Positions 55,398-64,000 of a stretch of 64,000 nt of DNA are shown one piece after another; within the stretch, counting starts at the first letter, position 1, and each line of letters begins with the position of its first letter. Source of the DNA: Eubacteriales bacterium (lineage in GTDB: Bacteria; Bacillota; Clostridia; Oscillospirales; CAG-272); NCBI GenBank assembly GCA_045631445.1, contig JAZQUS010000102.1, positions 23,916 through 87,915 of the forward strand, read 5' to 3'. The translations under genes were made by a program, and so were the position numbers. The notes under the pieces were generated by a model that worked only from the letters and a program-made list of their open reading frames with translations, made no database searches and was not told the origin of the DNA.

Positions 55398-56327
55398 ATG
55401 ACACATTTAGACTACTTAAACAAAAACTATCCTATGCGAAAAAGCACGGGAGAAAAAGAGAATTTCAGAAAATACATAGTCAATTCACTAGCCAAAAAGG
55501 GAATTGAGGCAAGAGTCGAGCGAACGAAGGACGGAAAGAATGATAACATAATTATTGGTAATCCTGAAAGTGCTAACGCTATTTTTACCGCGCATTATGA
55601 CACGCCCGCACGCTCAATATTTCCCAATATAATGATGCCCAAAAGCAGAGCTTTGTTTTATGCTTATCAATTCGTACCCGTTATATTTTTGCTTGTTGTT
55701 TCTTTTGCTTTTGCTTTTGTTGTAGGAACATTGATTTTTAATGATACTAAAGTATATTTGTTATCATTTTTATTCGCATATTACGGCTTGTTTTTTGGCA
55801 TTATGCGAGCTTTTAAGAATAAAAACAACTATAATGACAACACATCTGGTGTAGCCACAGTTTTGAGTATAATTGATAGTCTTTCAAAGGAAGAATTGAA
55901 TAATTTTGCATTCATTCTGTTTGACAACGAAGAAAAAGGGAAAAAGGGATCAAAGGCATACTATAACGATCACAAAGAGCAAATGAAAGACAAGTTTCTA
56001 ATCAATTTTGATTGCGTTGGTAACGGAGATAATGTGGTTTTCATAGCTCAAAAGGATGCTGTAGATTCAACTGAATACAATAATCTAAAGAGAATATTTG
56101 TTCAGGAAGATGGATTTAATGTAGAATTCTTAACTCACAAGGAAGCCGATTCTAATTCCGATCACAAAAATTTTCCAAAGGGAGTTGCTTGTGTGGCTTG
56201 TAAAAAAGGCAAAAACGGACTTTTATATACGCCGAATATTCATACATCAAAGGATACGGTTGCATTTAATAAAAACATTGACTTTATAACCAAAAATATT
56301 TTTAAAACAATAACAGAAAACGACTAA
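55398..56327 (+). CDS. M28-family metallopeptidase with inserted transmembrane segment(s)
   Basis: M28 ligand motifs are in order: FTAHYDTP, YNDNTSGVA, FDNEEKGKKGS, NFDCVG, SDHKNF. A hydrophobic stretch (FVPVIFLLVVSFAFAFVVGTLIF...LLSFLFAYYGLFFGIM) sits between the first two. Confidence 0.6.
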   Translation: MTHLDYLNKNYPMRKSTGEKENFRKYIVNSLAKKGIEARVERTKDGKNDNIIIGNPESANAIFTAHYDTPARSIFPNIMMPKSRALFYAYQFVPVIFLLVVSFAFAFVVGTLIFNDTKVYLLSFLFAYYGLFFGIMRAFKNKNNYNDNTSGVATVLSIIDSLSKEELNNFAFILFDNEEKGKKGSKAYYNDHKEQMKDKFLINFDCVGNGDNVVFIAQKDAVDSTEYNNLKRIFVQEDGFNVEFLTHKEADSNSDHKNFPKGVACVACKKGKNGLLYTPNIHTSKDTVAFNKNIDFITKNIFKTITEND

Positions 56328-56476
56328 ATTTGTTCAATTTTAACAATGTTCATCAAAGAGTGTTGACAAATCAACAAATTTCATTTATAATAAAAACATT
56401 AAATGCTAGTGTGAATTATATATGTATATTATTCACTTTTTATGAATATTTACTGAATTGAGAATGGAGTAAAAAC

Positions 56477-57361
56477 ATGTCTAACACAAAAAGAAAACGC
56501 AGATGGGGAGATAGAAAAGAGGGCAGAAAACTACGCACTATCGATCCAATGTTTAAGATTATGCCTTATATTATGACTAGACGAAGTGATTCTCAAAACT
56601 TCTTTACTGAAAAGCTTGATATTACTGAAGCGGAAAAGTTTTGTCGTGAGCAAATCAGAGAAGGACGCAAGAATTTTTCGATTCTTCACGTTATTATTGC
56701 CGCGTACATAAGAGTAGTATCTCAACGTCCTGCAATTAATAGATTTGTAAGTGGACAAAAAATCTATGCTCGAAACGATATTGAAGTTTTGATGACCATA
56801 AAGAAAAAAATGGCTCTTGACGGTGAAGAAACCTGCATCAAGGTTAAATTCGAGCCCACAGACACCGTTTATGATGTATATGATAAATTCAATAAAGTAG
56901 TTGAGGAAAACAAGGGTGAGGCAGAGGCAAATAACACCGAAAAAATGGCTAAATTTTTGCGACATATTCCAGGATGGCTGGTTCGTTTCTTCGTTAAATT
57001 ATTGAACTGGTTAGATTACCATGGTTGGTTGCCTAAATTTATTCTTGATTTAAGCCCCTTCCACGGCTCATTAATTATCACATCTATGGGTTCACTCGGT
57101 ATTCGTCCAATTTATCACCATATCTATGACTTTGGTAATTTGCCTGTTTTTGTGGCATATGGCGCAAAGCAGCACGGTGTTAAGATGGATGATGAAGGTA
57201 ATGTTAAAAAATACCGCTATATCGAAATGAAGGTAACAACCGATGAAAGAATTTGCGATGGTTATTATTTTGCATCAGCATTCAAAATGGTTAAAAAGCT
57301 TTTTGAAAATCCATCAGTTCTTGAAAATCCACCTGAAAAAATAATTGAAGATATTGATTAA
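56477..57361 (+). CDS. Stand-alone 2-oxoacid dehydrogenase acyltransferase (E2 catalytic-domain-like) protein
   Basis: 294 aa. The C-terminal TDERICDGYYFASAFKMVKKLFENP corresponds to the DHRxxDG catalytic motif region. No lipoyl domain. Confidence 0.6.
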   Translation: MSNTKRKRRWGDRKEGRKLRTIDPMFKIMPYIMTRRSDSQNFFTEKLDITEAEKFCREQIREGRKNFSILHVIIAAYIRVVSQRPAINRFVSGQKIYARNDIEVLMTIKKKMALDGEETCIKVKFEPTDTVYDVYDKFNKVVEENKGEAEANNTEKMAKFLRHIPGWLVRFFVKLLNWLDYHGWLPKFILDLSPFHGSLIITSMGSLGIRPIYHHIYDFGNLPVFVAYGAKQHGVKMDDEGNVKKYRYIEMKVTTDERICDGYYFASAFKMVKKLFENPSVLENPPEKIIEDID

Positions 57362-57371
57362 TACTATAAAC

Positions 57372-57400
57372 AAAACAGCCGATTTTATCGGCTGTTTTTT
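57372..57400 (+). terminator. Intrinsic terminator
   Basis: AAAACAGCCGA (57372-57382), loop, TCGGCTGTTTT (57388-57398), extended T-run. Confidence 0.85.
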
Positions 57401-57487
57401 CCATATTTTGCACCTGCCAAATTTGAATAATTTAACCTTATCAAAGTCAATACTTTTCATATAATATAAGATTATATGGAGAAGTTT

Positions 57488-58261
57488 ATGTATTACAATA
57501 AAGTTGAAATATGCGGAGTAAACACCTCAAAATTATCAGTTTTGAGTGACGATAAAAAAAGAGAATTGTTGATAAAATCAAAGAACGGGGATTTCAATGC
57601 AAGAGATGAGTTAATATACGGAAATCTACGTCTTGTTTTAAGCGTAATTCAGAGATTTACCAATAGAAATGAAAATCTTGACGATTTATTTCAGGTTGGT
57701 TGCGTAGGACTGATTAAAGCGGTTGATAATTTCAATATTGAACTCGATGTTAAGTTTTCAACTTATGCAGTTCCTATGATAATCGGTGAAATAAGAAGAT
57801 ATTTAAGAGATAACAACAGTATTAGAATAAGCAGGTCAGTAAGAGATCTTGCTTATCAAGCTTTAACTGCAAGAGAAGAGTTGACACGGAACAATTTTAA
57901 CGAACCAACAATAGAACAAATAGCAGAAAAGTTAGGACAAGAAAAGGAGGCTGTTGTATATGCAATGGAGGCAATAGTTGCCCCTATATCTCTTTACGAA
58001 CCGGTATATACTGATAATGGAGATTCTATATATGTGATTGATCAGTTGAGCGATTTAAACTCACGTGATGAAATGTGGCTTGAAAATATTGCTCTTGCGG
58101 ATGCACTTAAGGTTTTAAATGAACGCGAACGCTCAATCATCAATATGAGATTTTACAAAAATAAAACGCAAATGGAAATTGCGCAAGAAATCGGAATATC
58201 CCAAGCTCAAGTATCTCGACTCGAAAAAGCGGCTCTTGAACGAATGCGAAAGCAATTTTAA
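57488..58261 (+). CDS. sigG: Sporulation (forespore) RNA polymerase sigma factor SigG
   Basis: Colinear with B. subtilis SigG: NKVEICGVNTSKLSVL, GNLRLVLSVIQRF, DDLFQVGCVGLIKAVDNF, VKFSTYAVPMIIGEIRRYLRDNNSIRISRS, GISQAQVSRLEKAA. Start at the ATG at 57488, 6 nt after GGAG; an upstream ATG at 57476 is also possible. Confidence 0.9.
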   Translation: MYYNKVEICGVNTSKLSVLSDDKKRELLIKSKNGDFNARDELIYGNLRLVLSVIQRFTNRNENLDDLFQVGCVGLIKAVDNFNIELDVKFSTYAVPMIIGEIRRYLRDNNSIRISRSVRDLAYQALTAREELTRNNFNEPTIEQIAEKLGQEKEAVVYAMEAIVAPISLYEPVYTDNGDSIYVIDQLSDLNSRDEMWLENIALADALKVLNERERSIINMRFYKNKTQMEIAQEIGISQAQVSRLEKAALERMRKQF

Positions 58262-58300
58262 GTTATTTAATTGTCATATGTTATTATTTTGCATAATATG

Positions 58301-58340
58301 TTAAAGAAGAAAGAGTTTTTTCTTCCTTAACACTTTTTTT
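58301..58340 (+). terminator. AT-rich hairpin plus T-run after sigG (weak terminator or attenuator)
   Basis: TTAAAGAAGAAAGA / TTTTTCTTCCTTAA (one mismatch) followed by CACTTTTTTT. It lies immediately upstream of the GGAGGG RBS of the Cys-rich gene. Confidence 0.5.
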
Positions 58341-58354
58341 GGAGGGTATATATT

Positions 58355-59188
58355 ATGTCGGATAATAGATTTCCTTGCTCTGGCCTTGGTGGTACAAGAG
58401 AAACCATTTGCATAGAGGCAAATCATGTTCTTGATTCGTGCAGGGACAGAGATTGCTATGAAAATGTTCAAGTTTTTCTTACAAATTACGGGAACGAAAT
58501 TATTGAAAGAACAGGCAACATCAGAGTCAAAAGCTCTTGCATCACATGGAGCAATATCACGGTTGACCCAATAGCGTTTAACCGCGGTTTTTATTCCGTA
58601 AATATGCGTCTTTACATTAAAATTTCCTTTGAAGCATGCTTGGCACCCGGTAGAATTCAGGAGTTCGACGGTGTCGCAGTAATTGATAAAACGGTTGTCC
58701 TCTTCGGTGGTGAGAGTAATCTTAACGTGTTCAAAAGCAATGGTACGTCAGGCTTCTGCGAATTGTCAACGGATCTTTGTTGTGCTGAGGGCAACATACC
58801 AACTGCTGTAGCTGAAGTTGTTGACCCAATCATACTCGGTGCTAAAATAATTGAGAAGCATCACGATCATCATTGCTTCTGCTGTTGTTCTTGCGGTGAT
58901 ATTCCGGATGGTGTAACAAGAAATATAAACGGTACTCTTTGTGATGATGGTAAAAGGTTTTTGGTTGTGTCTGTAGGTATATTCTCAGTATTGAGGATTG
59001 TTCGTCCTGCACAGTATTTAATTCAGGCTACCGAATATACCGTGCCTGACAAGGAATGCTTATCACACACAGACGAGAATCCCTGCGATATATTTAGAAG
59101 TATGGCTTTTCCTATGCATGAATTTACAACGGGAAGTGTACCTGCCCCCACACCAAATAAACATTCAGACAAGGGTTGTCATTGCTAA
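58355..59188 (+). CDS. Cys/His-rich protein of unknown function (possible spore-associated)
   Basis: 277 aa with 19 Cys, including EKHHDHHCFCCCSCGD and a C-terminal KGCHC. No signal peptide. GGAGGG RBS 8 nt upstream. Directly downstream of sigG. Confidence 0.6.
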   Translation: MSDNRFPCSGLGGTRETICIEANHVLDSCRDRDCYENVQVFLTNYGNEIIERTGNIRVKSSCITWSNITVDPIAFNRGFYSVNMRLYIKISFEACLAPGRIQEFDGVAVIDKTVVLFGGESNLNVFKSNGTSGFCELSTDLCCAEGNIPTAVAEVVDPIILGAKIIEKHHDHHCFCCCSCGDIPDGVTRNINGTLCDDGKRFLVVSVGIFSVLRIVRPAQYLIQATEYTVPDKECLSHTDENPCDIFRSMAFPMHEFTTGSVPAPTPNKHSDKGCHC

Positions 59189-59195
59189 TAAAAAT

Positions 59196-59222
59196 GGCTG
59201 TTGCGAAAGCAACAGCCGTTTT
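59196..59222. terminator. Bidirectional intrinsic terminator
   Basis: GGCTGTTGC (59196-59204), loop GAAA, GCAACAGCC (59209-59217), then GTTTT. It lies between convergent genes. Confidence 0.85.
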
Positions 59223-59223
59223 A

Positions 59224-60501
59224 TTATTTTAATACATATTTAGGTTCAGCTTTATTAATAACCGTGTCACGAGTAATGATAATCTTTTGAATATCATTGC
59301 GAGATGGTATGGAATACATAAGTGGCATGAGGAATCCCTCCATAATGGAGCGAAGTCCACGCGCACCGGTATTTTGTTCAATAGCAAGTTCAGCAATAGC
59401 GCCTATTGCTTCATCTTCAAATTCAATTTCAACGTTATCAATACCGAACAGTTTGATATATTGCTTCAAGAGAGAATTTTTGGGCTCTTTGATAATTCTT
59501 GTAAGTGCTGTTTTATCAAGTTCAGAAAGAGCAACAATAACGGGAATACGACCAGTAAGCTCTGGAATAAGTCCATACTTAACTATGTCGTGAGATGTTA
59601 CATCTTTGTAGATGCCGTCCTTTTTCTTTTCGTTCTTTTTCTTAACTTCGCCACCAAATCCAATAACATTATTACCCTTGCGTTTTTCAATAATCTGCTC
59701 TAGTCCGTCAAATGCTCCTCCACAAATAAATAGGATATTGGAGGTATTGATTTGGATAAATTCTTGATTGGGATGCTTACGTCCACCCTGAGGAGGAACA
59801 TTAGCAACGGTACCCTCAAGAATTTTCAAAAGCGCTTGTTGTACACCTTCACCGGAAACATCACGGGTGATGGAACGATTTTCACTTTTTCTTGAAATTT
59901 TGTCAATTTCGTCAATATAAATAATACCTTTTTCTGCACGTTCAACATCGTAATCTGCGGCTTGTATAAGACGAAGAAGAATATTCTCTACATCCTCACC
60001 AACATAGCCCGCTTCAGTCAATGTGGTGGCATCTGCAATAGCAAAGGGCACTTGAAGAGTTTTAGCAAGTGTTTGTGCAAGATATGTTTTACCAACACCC
60101 GTTGGACCAATTAAAAGAACATTTGACTTTTGGAGCTCAACACCGTCAATTTCTTTCTCATCCTTTTTTTCGGCTTTAGAAAGTATTCTTTTATAGTGAT
60201 TATATACCGCAACGGAAAGCGCAATTTTTGCATCATCCTGGCCGATAACGTACTCGTCAAGAGTTTTCTTGATATCCATGGGTTTAGGAAGCTCGTCAAA
60301 CTTTAATGAATCGGTATTTGAAGAAAAATCTGCAAATGCTTCATCTAAAATATCAGAGCAGGCAAGTACACAATAATCACAAATATATGCTCCCGTAGGA
60401 GATGGTATTAAAAATTCAACTTGATTTTCATTTCTTCCGCAGAAATGGCAATACCTTTTTGGGGTATTGCCGTTTCCGTCGGCCTTTTTATTTTCAGCCA
60501 T
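59224..60501 (-). CDS. clpX: ATP-dependent Clp protease ATP-binding subunit ClpX
   Basis: N-terminal zinc-binding CHFCG...CDYC, Walker [17 protein letters not shown], and the ClpP-docking tripeptide LGF in the form IGFGG. Confidence 0.95.
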   Translation of the reverse strand: MAENKKADGNGNTPKRYCHFCGRNENQVEFLIPSPTGAYICDYCVLACSDILDEAFADFSSNTDSLKFDELPKPMDIKKTLDEYVIGQDDAKIALSVAVYNHYKRILSKAEKKDEKEIDGVELQKSNVLLIGPTGVGKTYLAQTLAKTLQVPFAIADATTLTEAGYVGEDVENILLRLIQAADYDVERAEKGIIYIDEIDKISRKSENRSITRDVSGEGVQQALLKILEGTVANVPPQGGRKHPNQEFIQINTSNILFICGGAFDGLEQIIEKRKGNNVIGFGGEVKKKNEKKKDGIYKDVTSHDIVKYGLIPELTGRIPVIVALSELDKTALTRIIKEPKNSLLKQYIKLFGIDNVEIEFEDEAIGAIAELAIEQNTGARGLRSIMEGFLMPLMYSIPSRNDIQKIIITRDTVINKAEPKYVLK

Positions 60502-60517
60502 AATATTTACCTTTCAA

Positions 60518-61111
60518 TTAAGCGTGCTTATCAATAACCTTATCAATAAGACCGTATTCGAGAGCTTGATCTGCGGTCATATAATTATCTCTTTCGGTAT
60601 CACGCGCGATTTCTTCAATAGTTTTACCTGTATTCTTAGCAAGTATTGCGTTGAGTCTATCACGTGTTCGAAGAATAAGCTCTGCTTGAATTTTAATGTC
60701 AGTCGCCTGACCCTTAGCGCCACCAAGAGGTTGATGAATCATGATCTCACTATTAGGAAGAGCAAATCGTTTACCTTTAGTTCCTGCTGAGAGAAGAAAC
60801 GCACCCATACTTGCAGCCATACCAATACAAACGGTTGAAACATCGCATTTAATGAAGTTCATCGTATCATAAATTGCCATGCCCGCAGTAACTGAGCCAC
60901 CTGGTGAATTGATATAAAAGGAAATATCCTTATCGGGATCCTGTGCCTCGAGGTAGAGAAGCTGAGCAACCACAAGGGAAGCTGTGGCATCATTTACCTC
61001 ATCGGAGAGAAATATAATACGGTCATTAAGCAATCTAGAAAAAATATCATAGGATCTTTCGCCTCTACCTGTTTGTTCAACAACCATTGGGACGAGTGAA
61101 TTATTCATCAT
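60518..61111 (-). CDS. clpP: ATP-dependent Clp protease proteolytic subunit ClpP
   Basis: [11 protein letters not shown], catalytic [11 protein letters not shown] (Ser) and IMIHQP (His). Confidence 0.95.
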   Translation of the reverse strand: MMNNSLVPMVVEQTGRGERSYDIFSRLLNDRIIFLSDEVNDATASLVVAQLLYLEAQDPDKDISFYINSPGGSVTAGMAIYDTMNFIKCDVSTVCIGMAASMGAFLLSAGTKGKRFALPNSEIMIHQPLGGAKGQATDIKIQAELILRTRDRLNAILAKNTGKTIEEIARDTERDNYMTADQALEYGLIDKVIDKHA

Positions 61112-61141
61112 AAGTAATGACCTCCTAAAATTTTAAGGGGA

Positions 61142-62539
61142 TTAAGCTTCTGCTTCTTCAGTAGCTTTCTTTGTTGTTTTTCTTGTCTTCTTTACAGGCT
61201 TTTCTTCGCCTTCTGCTTCTTCAGTCTTGGGAGCTGCCTTTCTTGTTGTTTTCTTTTTGGGAGCTTTAACAACGGACTTTTCCTTAACCGCGTCAAGAGC
61301 AAGCTTAACTCTCATATCAGCTGCTATGAACTCGGAGTCGATAGATGCCTTAACCTGTTCAACGTCGATACCGTATGCTTCAGCAATTCTTGCATATTCC
61401 GCATTGATGTCGTCTTCGGAAGCATTGAGGTTTTCAAGCTCTGCAATCTTTTCGAGTGCAAGTCTTGCCTTAACCTGCTTTTCTGCTTGAGGACGGAACT
61501 GTGCGCGAAGAGTTTCAAGTGTCATACCTGTATACTGGAAGTATGTTTGAAGATCAAGTCCCTGCATTCTAAGCTGATTATCATAATCGCGAACAAAGTT
61601 TTCTGCTTCGTTTTCAAACATAGCTTCAGGAATTTCTGCTTCAAGCTTTTCAATAAGAGCATCCATAATTTGACCGTCAACTGCAGACTGAGCAGTTGCT
61701 TCGTGTCTTGCTTCAATTTTTGCCTTAAGATCTGCCTTATATTCATCAAGTGTATCGAATTCGGATACGTCTTTAGCAAATTCATCATCAAGCTCAGGGA
61801 GCTCAACCTTAGTGAGTGCGTGAAGCTTTACCTTGAACACAGAAGCCTTACCTGCAAGATCTTCTGCATGGTATTCTATGGGGAAGGTAACGTTAACGTC
61901 GAATTCCTCATCTACGGAGTGACCAACGATTTGTTCTTCGAAACCAGGAATAAACTGACCTGAACCGAGCTTAAGAGCATAATCTTCACCCTTGCCACCT
62001 TCAAAAGCAACATCGTCAACAAATCCTTCGAAGTCAATAACTGCTGTGTCACCGAGCTCTGCAGGACGATCGTTAGCATCAAGCTCGCGACTATTTCTTT
62101 CTCTAACGAGATCAAGTTCCTTATTAATTTCTTCATCAGTCACAGGAGCAACTTCCTTTGTTACTTCGATACCAAAGTAACCTTCGATTTTAACATCGGG
62201 CTTAACATAAACTTTAGCTGTGAAAACAACGCCGTTTTCGTCAAGTGAAAGAACATCAATTTCAGGCTGAGATACAGGATCAATGCCTGCTTCCTTAACA
62301 GCAGCTTCATAAGCTTCGGGAAGAATGTCGTTAAGAGCTGTGTCATAGAAGAAGCCCTTACCATACATTTTTTCAATCATAGCTCTGGGAGCTTTGCCTT
62401 TTCTAAAGCCGGGAATATTAATTTTTCCAACTTCTTTTCTGTAAGCGCGCTCGCAAGCGGCCTCAAATACAGACTGTTCAACAGAGAAGTGAAGCTCTAC
62501 CTGGCTTCCTTCGATTTTTTCGTTTTTGATTAATTTCAT
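61142..62539 (-). CDS. tig: Trigger factor
   Basis: N-terminal ribosome-binding GFRKGKAP motif and an FKBP-type PPIase core (DFEGF.DD..FEGG). Start at the ATG at 62539 after a GGAGG RBS. Acidic/Lys-rich C-terminal tail. Confidence 0.9.
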   Translation of the reverse strand: MKLIKNEKIEGSQVELHFSVEQSVFEAACERAYRKEVGKINIPGFRKGKAPRAMIEKMYGKGFFYDTALNDILPEAYEAAVKEAGIDPVSQPEIDVLSLDENGVVFTAKVYVKPDVKIEGYFGIEVTKEVAPVTDEEINKELDLVRERNSRELDANDRPAELGDTAVIDFEGFVDDVAFEGGKGEDYALKLGSGQFIPGFEEQIVGHSVDEEFDVNVTFPIEYHAEDLAGKASVFKVKLHALTKVELPELDDEFAKDVSEFDTLDEYKADLKAKIEARHEATAQSAVDGQIMDALIEKLEAEIPEAMFENEAENFVRDYDNQLRMQGLDLQTYFQYTGMTLETLRAQFRPQAEKQVKARLALEKIAELENLNASEDDINAEYARIAEAYGIDVEQVKASIDSEFIAADMRVKLALDAVKEKSVVKAPKKKTTRKAAPKTEEAEGEEKPVKKTRKTTKKATEEAEA

Positions 62540-62628
62540 TTGTAATTCCTCCAAGAATTTTAACATACATTAATGATTATACATAATTAACAACAAAATG
62601 TCAAGTTTTTTTTGCAAAAATACCAAAA

Positions 62629-63357
62629 TTAAAGAAAAATTGGCATGGGGGCGAAATTTAGATAGTCTGCAGCCACCATTGTAAAGGTAATTCCGTCAAA
62701 TGTGAACTGACGGGGAATGCTATAATTGTTATGGATATGTCCATAATAGCAGGTTTTGATTTCAAACTTTTTCAACACATCGAGAATTTTATCACACACG
62801 CAATCTGCATACACGGGAGGGAAATGCAAAAATACCAAAATAGGAAGATCATTTCCCGCTTTTTTTATTTCTAAAGCTTCTTTCAAACTGATTTCAAGTC
62901 GCTGCGCTTCTCGTGCAACAATTTTCTCATAATCAACATCGCCCACAGTTTTTTGTTGTTTTTCATCATAAAACCAACCTCGTGAGCCACAAATGATGCA
63001 ATCCTCAAGAAGATATGCATTATTGTGCAAGAGTTTTATCGTTGTAATTTCGTTTTCTTCAAAGAACGAATAAATTTTTGAAGCAGTTGACCACCAAAAA
63101 TCGTGATTTCCTTTGCCTATTATTTTAGTGCCCGGCAGGGAGTCCAAAAATTTAAAATCAGATTTTGCTTCTTCGAGTGTCATAGCCCAAGAAATATCAC
63201 CTGGAATAACAACTGTATCGTCATCATTAATTATAGCGCGAAAATATTTTTCAAGCTTCGCGTGATAATCCTTCCACTTTGTACCGAATTTTTCCATTGA
63301 TTTATTTGTAGTTTCGTTTGTGGAAAGATGAAGATCGGAAATAACGTATAAAGACAT
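62629..63357 (-). CDS. Metallophosphoesterase (canonical motifs)
   Basis: ISDLHLS, PGDISW, GNHDFWW and HFPP...GHIH motifs are intact. Confidence 0.75.
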   Translation of the reverse strand: MSLYVISDLHLSTNETTNKSMEKFGTKWKDYHAKLEKYFRAIINDDDTVVIPGDISWAMTLEEAKSDFKFLDSLPGTKIIGKGNHDFWWSTASKIYSFFEENEITTIKLLHNNAYLLEDCIICGSRGWFYDEKQQKTVGDVDYEKIVAREAQRLEISLKEALEIKKAGNDLPILVFLHFPPVYADCVCDKILDVLKKFEIKTCYYGHIHNNYSIPRQFTFDGITFTMVAADYLNFAPMPIFL

Positions 63358-63460
63358 TATTGATTCCTTTCACTGAATAAATTTAGATAAAAGTGTTCAT
63401 ACTGTTTATGAGAGATTTCTCTCAAAATTTTAGCCATTAGGCAGAATGGAGCATATTATT

Positions 63461-63649
63461 ATGAACAATGAAAAAAAATGTTGTGGAACTCCTAAAAACG
63501 TTATCAAAGGAATTACCTGTGATGTTATCACATGCAAATATCACGAGGGTGAAGGTCATTGCACTGCAGGTCACATTAAAGTAGGTCCTCATCAAGCAGA
63601 GATAAGTAGAGAAACTCTTTGTACTACCTTTGAAAACAGAACAGAATAA
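63461..63649 (+). CDS. DUF1540-domain protein
   Basis: CDVITCKYHEGEGHCTAGHIKVG is the DUF1540 Cys/His pattern. The ATG at 63461 lies 9 nt after GGAG; the in-frame ATG at 63446 is an alternative. Confidence 0.65.
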   Translation: MNNEKKCCGTPKNVIKGITCDVITCKYHEGEGHCTAGHIKVGPHQAEISRETLCTTFENRTE

Positions 63650-63685
63650 CCGATTTTCTAAAGCATATCCCAAAGAGGGATATGC

Positions 63686-64000
63686 TTATTCTTTAATAAA
63701 ATTTAATACTTCATTGTACATATCATCAACTGAAATGTTTTTGCTGAAATTGACCTTCTTTTTGTCAAGTTGACATAATGGCTTAGGAATTTTTGTGCCT
63801 GTGGTTATGGATAATTCTTCGAGCACTTCCAAATCATCATAAGGATTTTCTCCATATATTGAATTGTAAACACTCTGCGCAAATTTATATGGGCTTGCAG
63901 TTGAAGCCACTACCGTTTTTGTATTATCAAGAGTCTCTTTACGATAGCTTTCAAGAGCATAAAAGGCAACCGCGGTATGAGTATCCATTAAATAATCCTC
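63686..64000 (-). CDS. thrC: Threonine synthase, C-terminal part (gene continues beyond the window edge)
   Basis: DTHTAVAFYALESYRKE...VVASTASPYKF matches the C-terminal region of ThrC. The frame stays open to position 64000. Confidence 0.75.
   Translation of the reverse strand, partial: EDYLMDTHTAVAFYALESYRKETLDNTKTVVASTASPYKFAQSVYNSIYGENPYDDLEVLEELSITTGTKIPKPLCQLDKKKVNFSKNISVDDMYNEVLNFIKE

Noticed and set aside
57401-57487. Forespore-type (sigma-F/G) promoter for sigG: TGAATA-N18-CAATACT at 57424-57454.
   Set aside because: The -35 fits GHATR, but the -10 deviates from the CATnnTA-type consensus at key positions. It is not convincing by eye.
58275-58283. CATATGTTA resembling a sigma-K -10 element (CATAnnnTA) upstream of the Cys-rich gene.
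   Set aside because: No matching -35 AC element lies at the expected spacing. The same region also fits a sigma-A-like TTGTCA-N17-TAATAT, so the call is ambiguous.
1-64000. Search for CRISPR arrays, tRNA/rRNA genes, transposases, integrases, prophage or toxin-antitoxin cassettes.
   Set aside because: No direct-repeat/spacer periodicity, no cloverleaf-like or rRNA-like segments in the short intergenic regions, and no recombinase-like ORFs were seen. This was a visual scan only, so small ncRNAs could be missed.

Overview
Low-GC, densely coding chromosomal segment. It looks like a spore-forming Firmicutes/Clostridia genome (sigG, DUF1540, tig-clpP-clpX, pepT, tdk; standard code 11), judged by eye only. 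I call about 60 CDS. I found no rRNA, tRNA, CRISPR array, transposase or integrase. Housekeeping blocks: tig-clpP-clpX, trmK-nif3-rlmD, pepT-tdk, xth, M32 and M16 peptidases, a GH36/GPH-symporter/GH2 alpha-galactoside operon, and a TetR plus ABC-2 exporter. Two things stand out. (1) A single 860-aa ORF (1275-3857, minus) fuses an EF-G/TetM-like translational GTPase to a C-terminal Rae1/YacP-type NYN ribonuclease domain. (2) A seven-gene, co-directional minus-strand cluster (31816-42613) has a CUT1-type ABC importer (ATPase, two permeases, lipoprotein SBP) followed by a staphylococcal-nuclease-type lipoprotein and two very large paralogous multi-OB-fold lipoproteins. I read this as a candidate extracellular nucleic-acid capture, degradation and uptake system. 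Next to it, convergently, is a tandem DHH (NrnA-like) x2 plus surE operon. The same window also holds an endonuclease-I/Bsn-type secreted nuclease and a barnase-family lipoprotein RNase with no adjacent barstar. Other points: a promoter, ~130-nt leader and intrinsic terminator (riboswitch-like, class unassigned) upstream of a CNNM/CorC-type gene; a 19-Cys protein downstream of sigG; a metallophosphoesterase with degenerate metal-ligand motifs; and GC-rich hairpin elements. All functional calls rest on motif recognition in the supplied translations. No database search was run.
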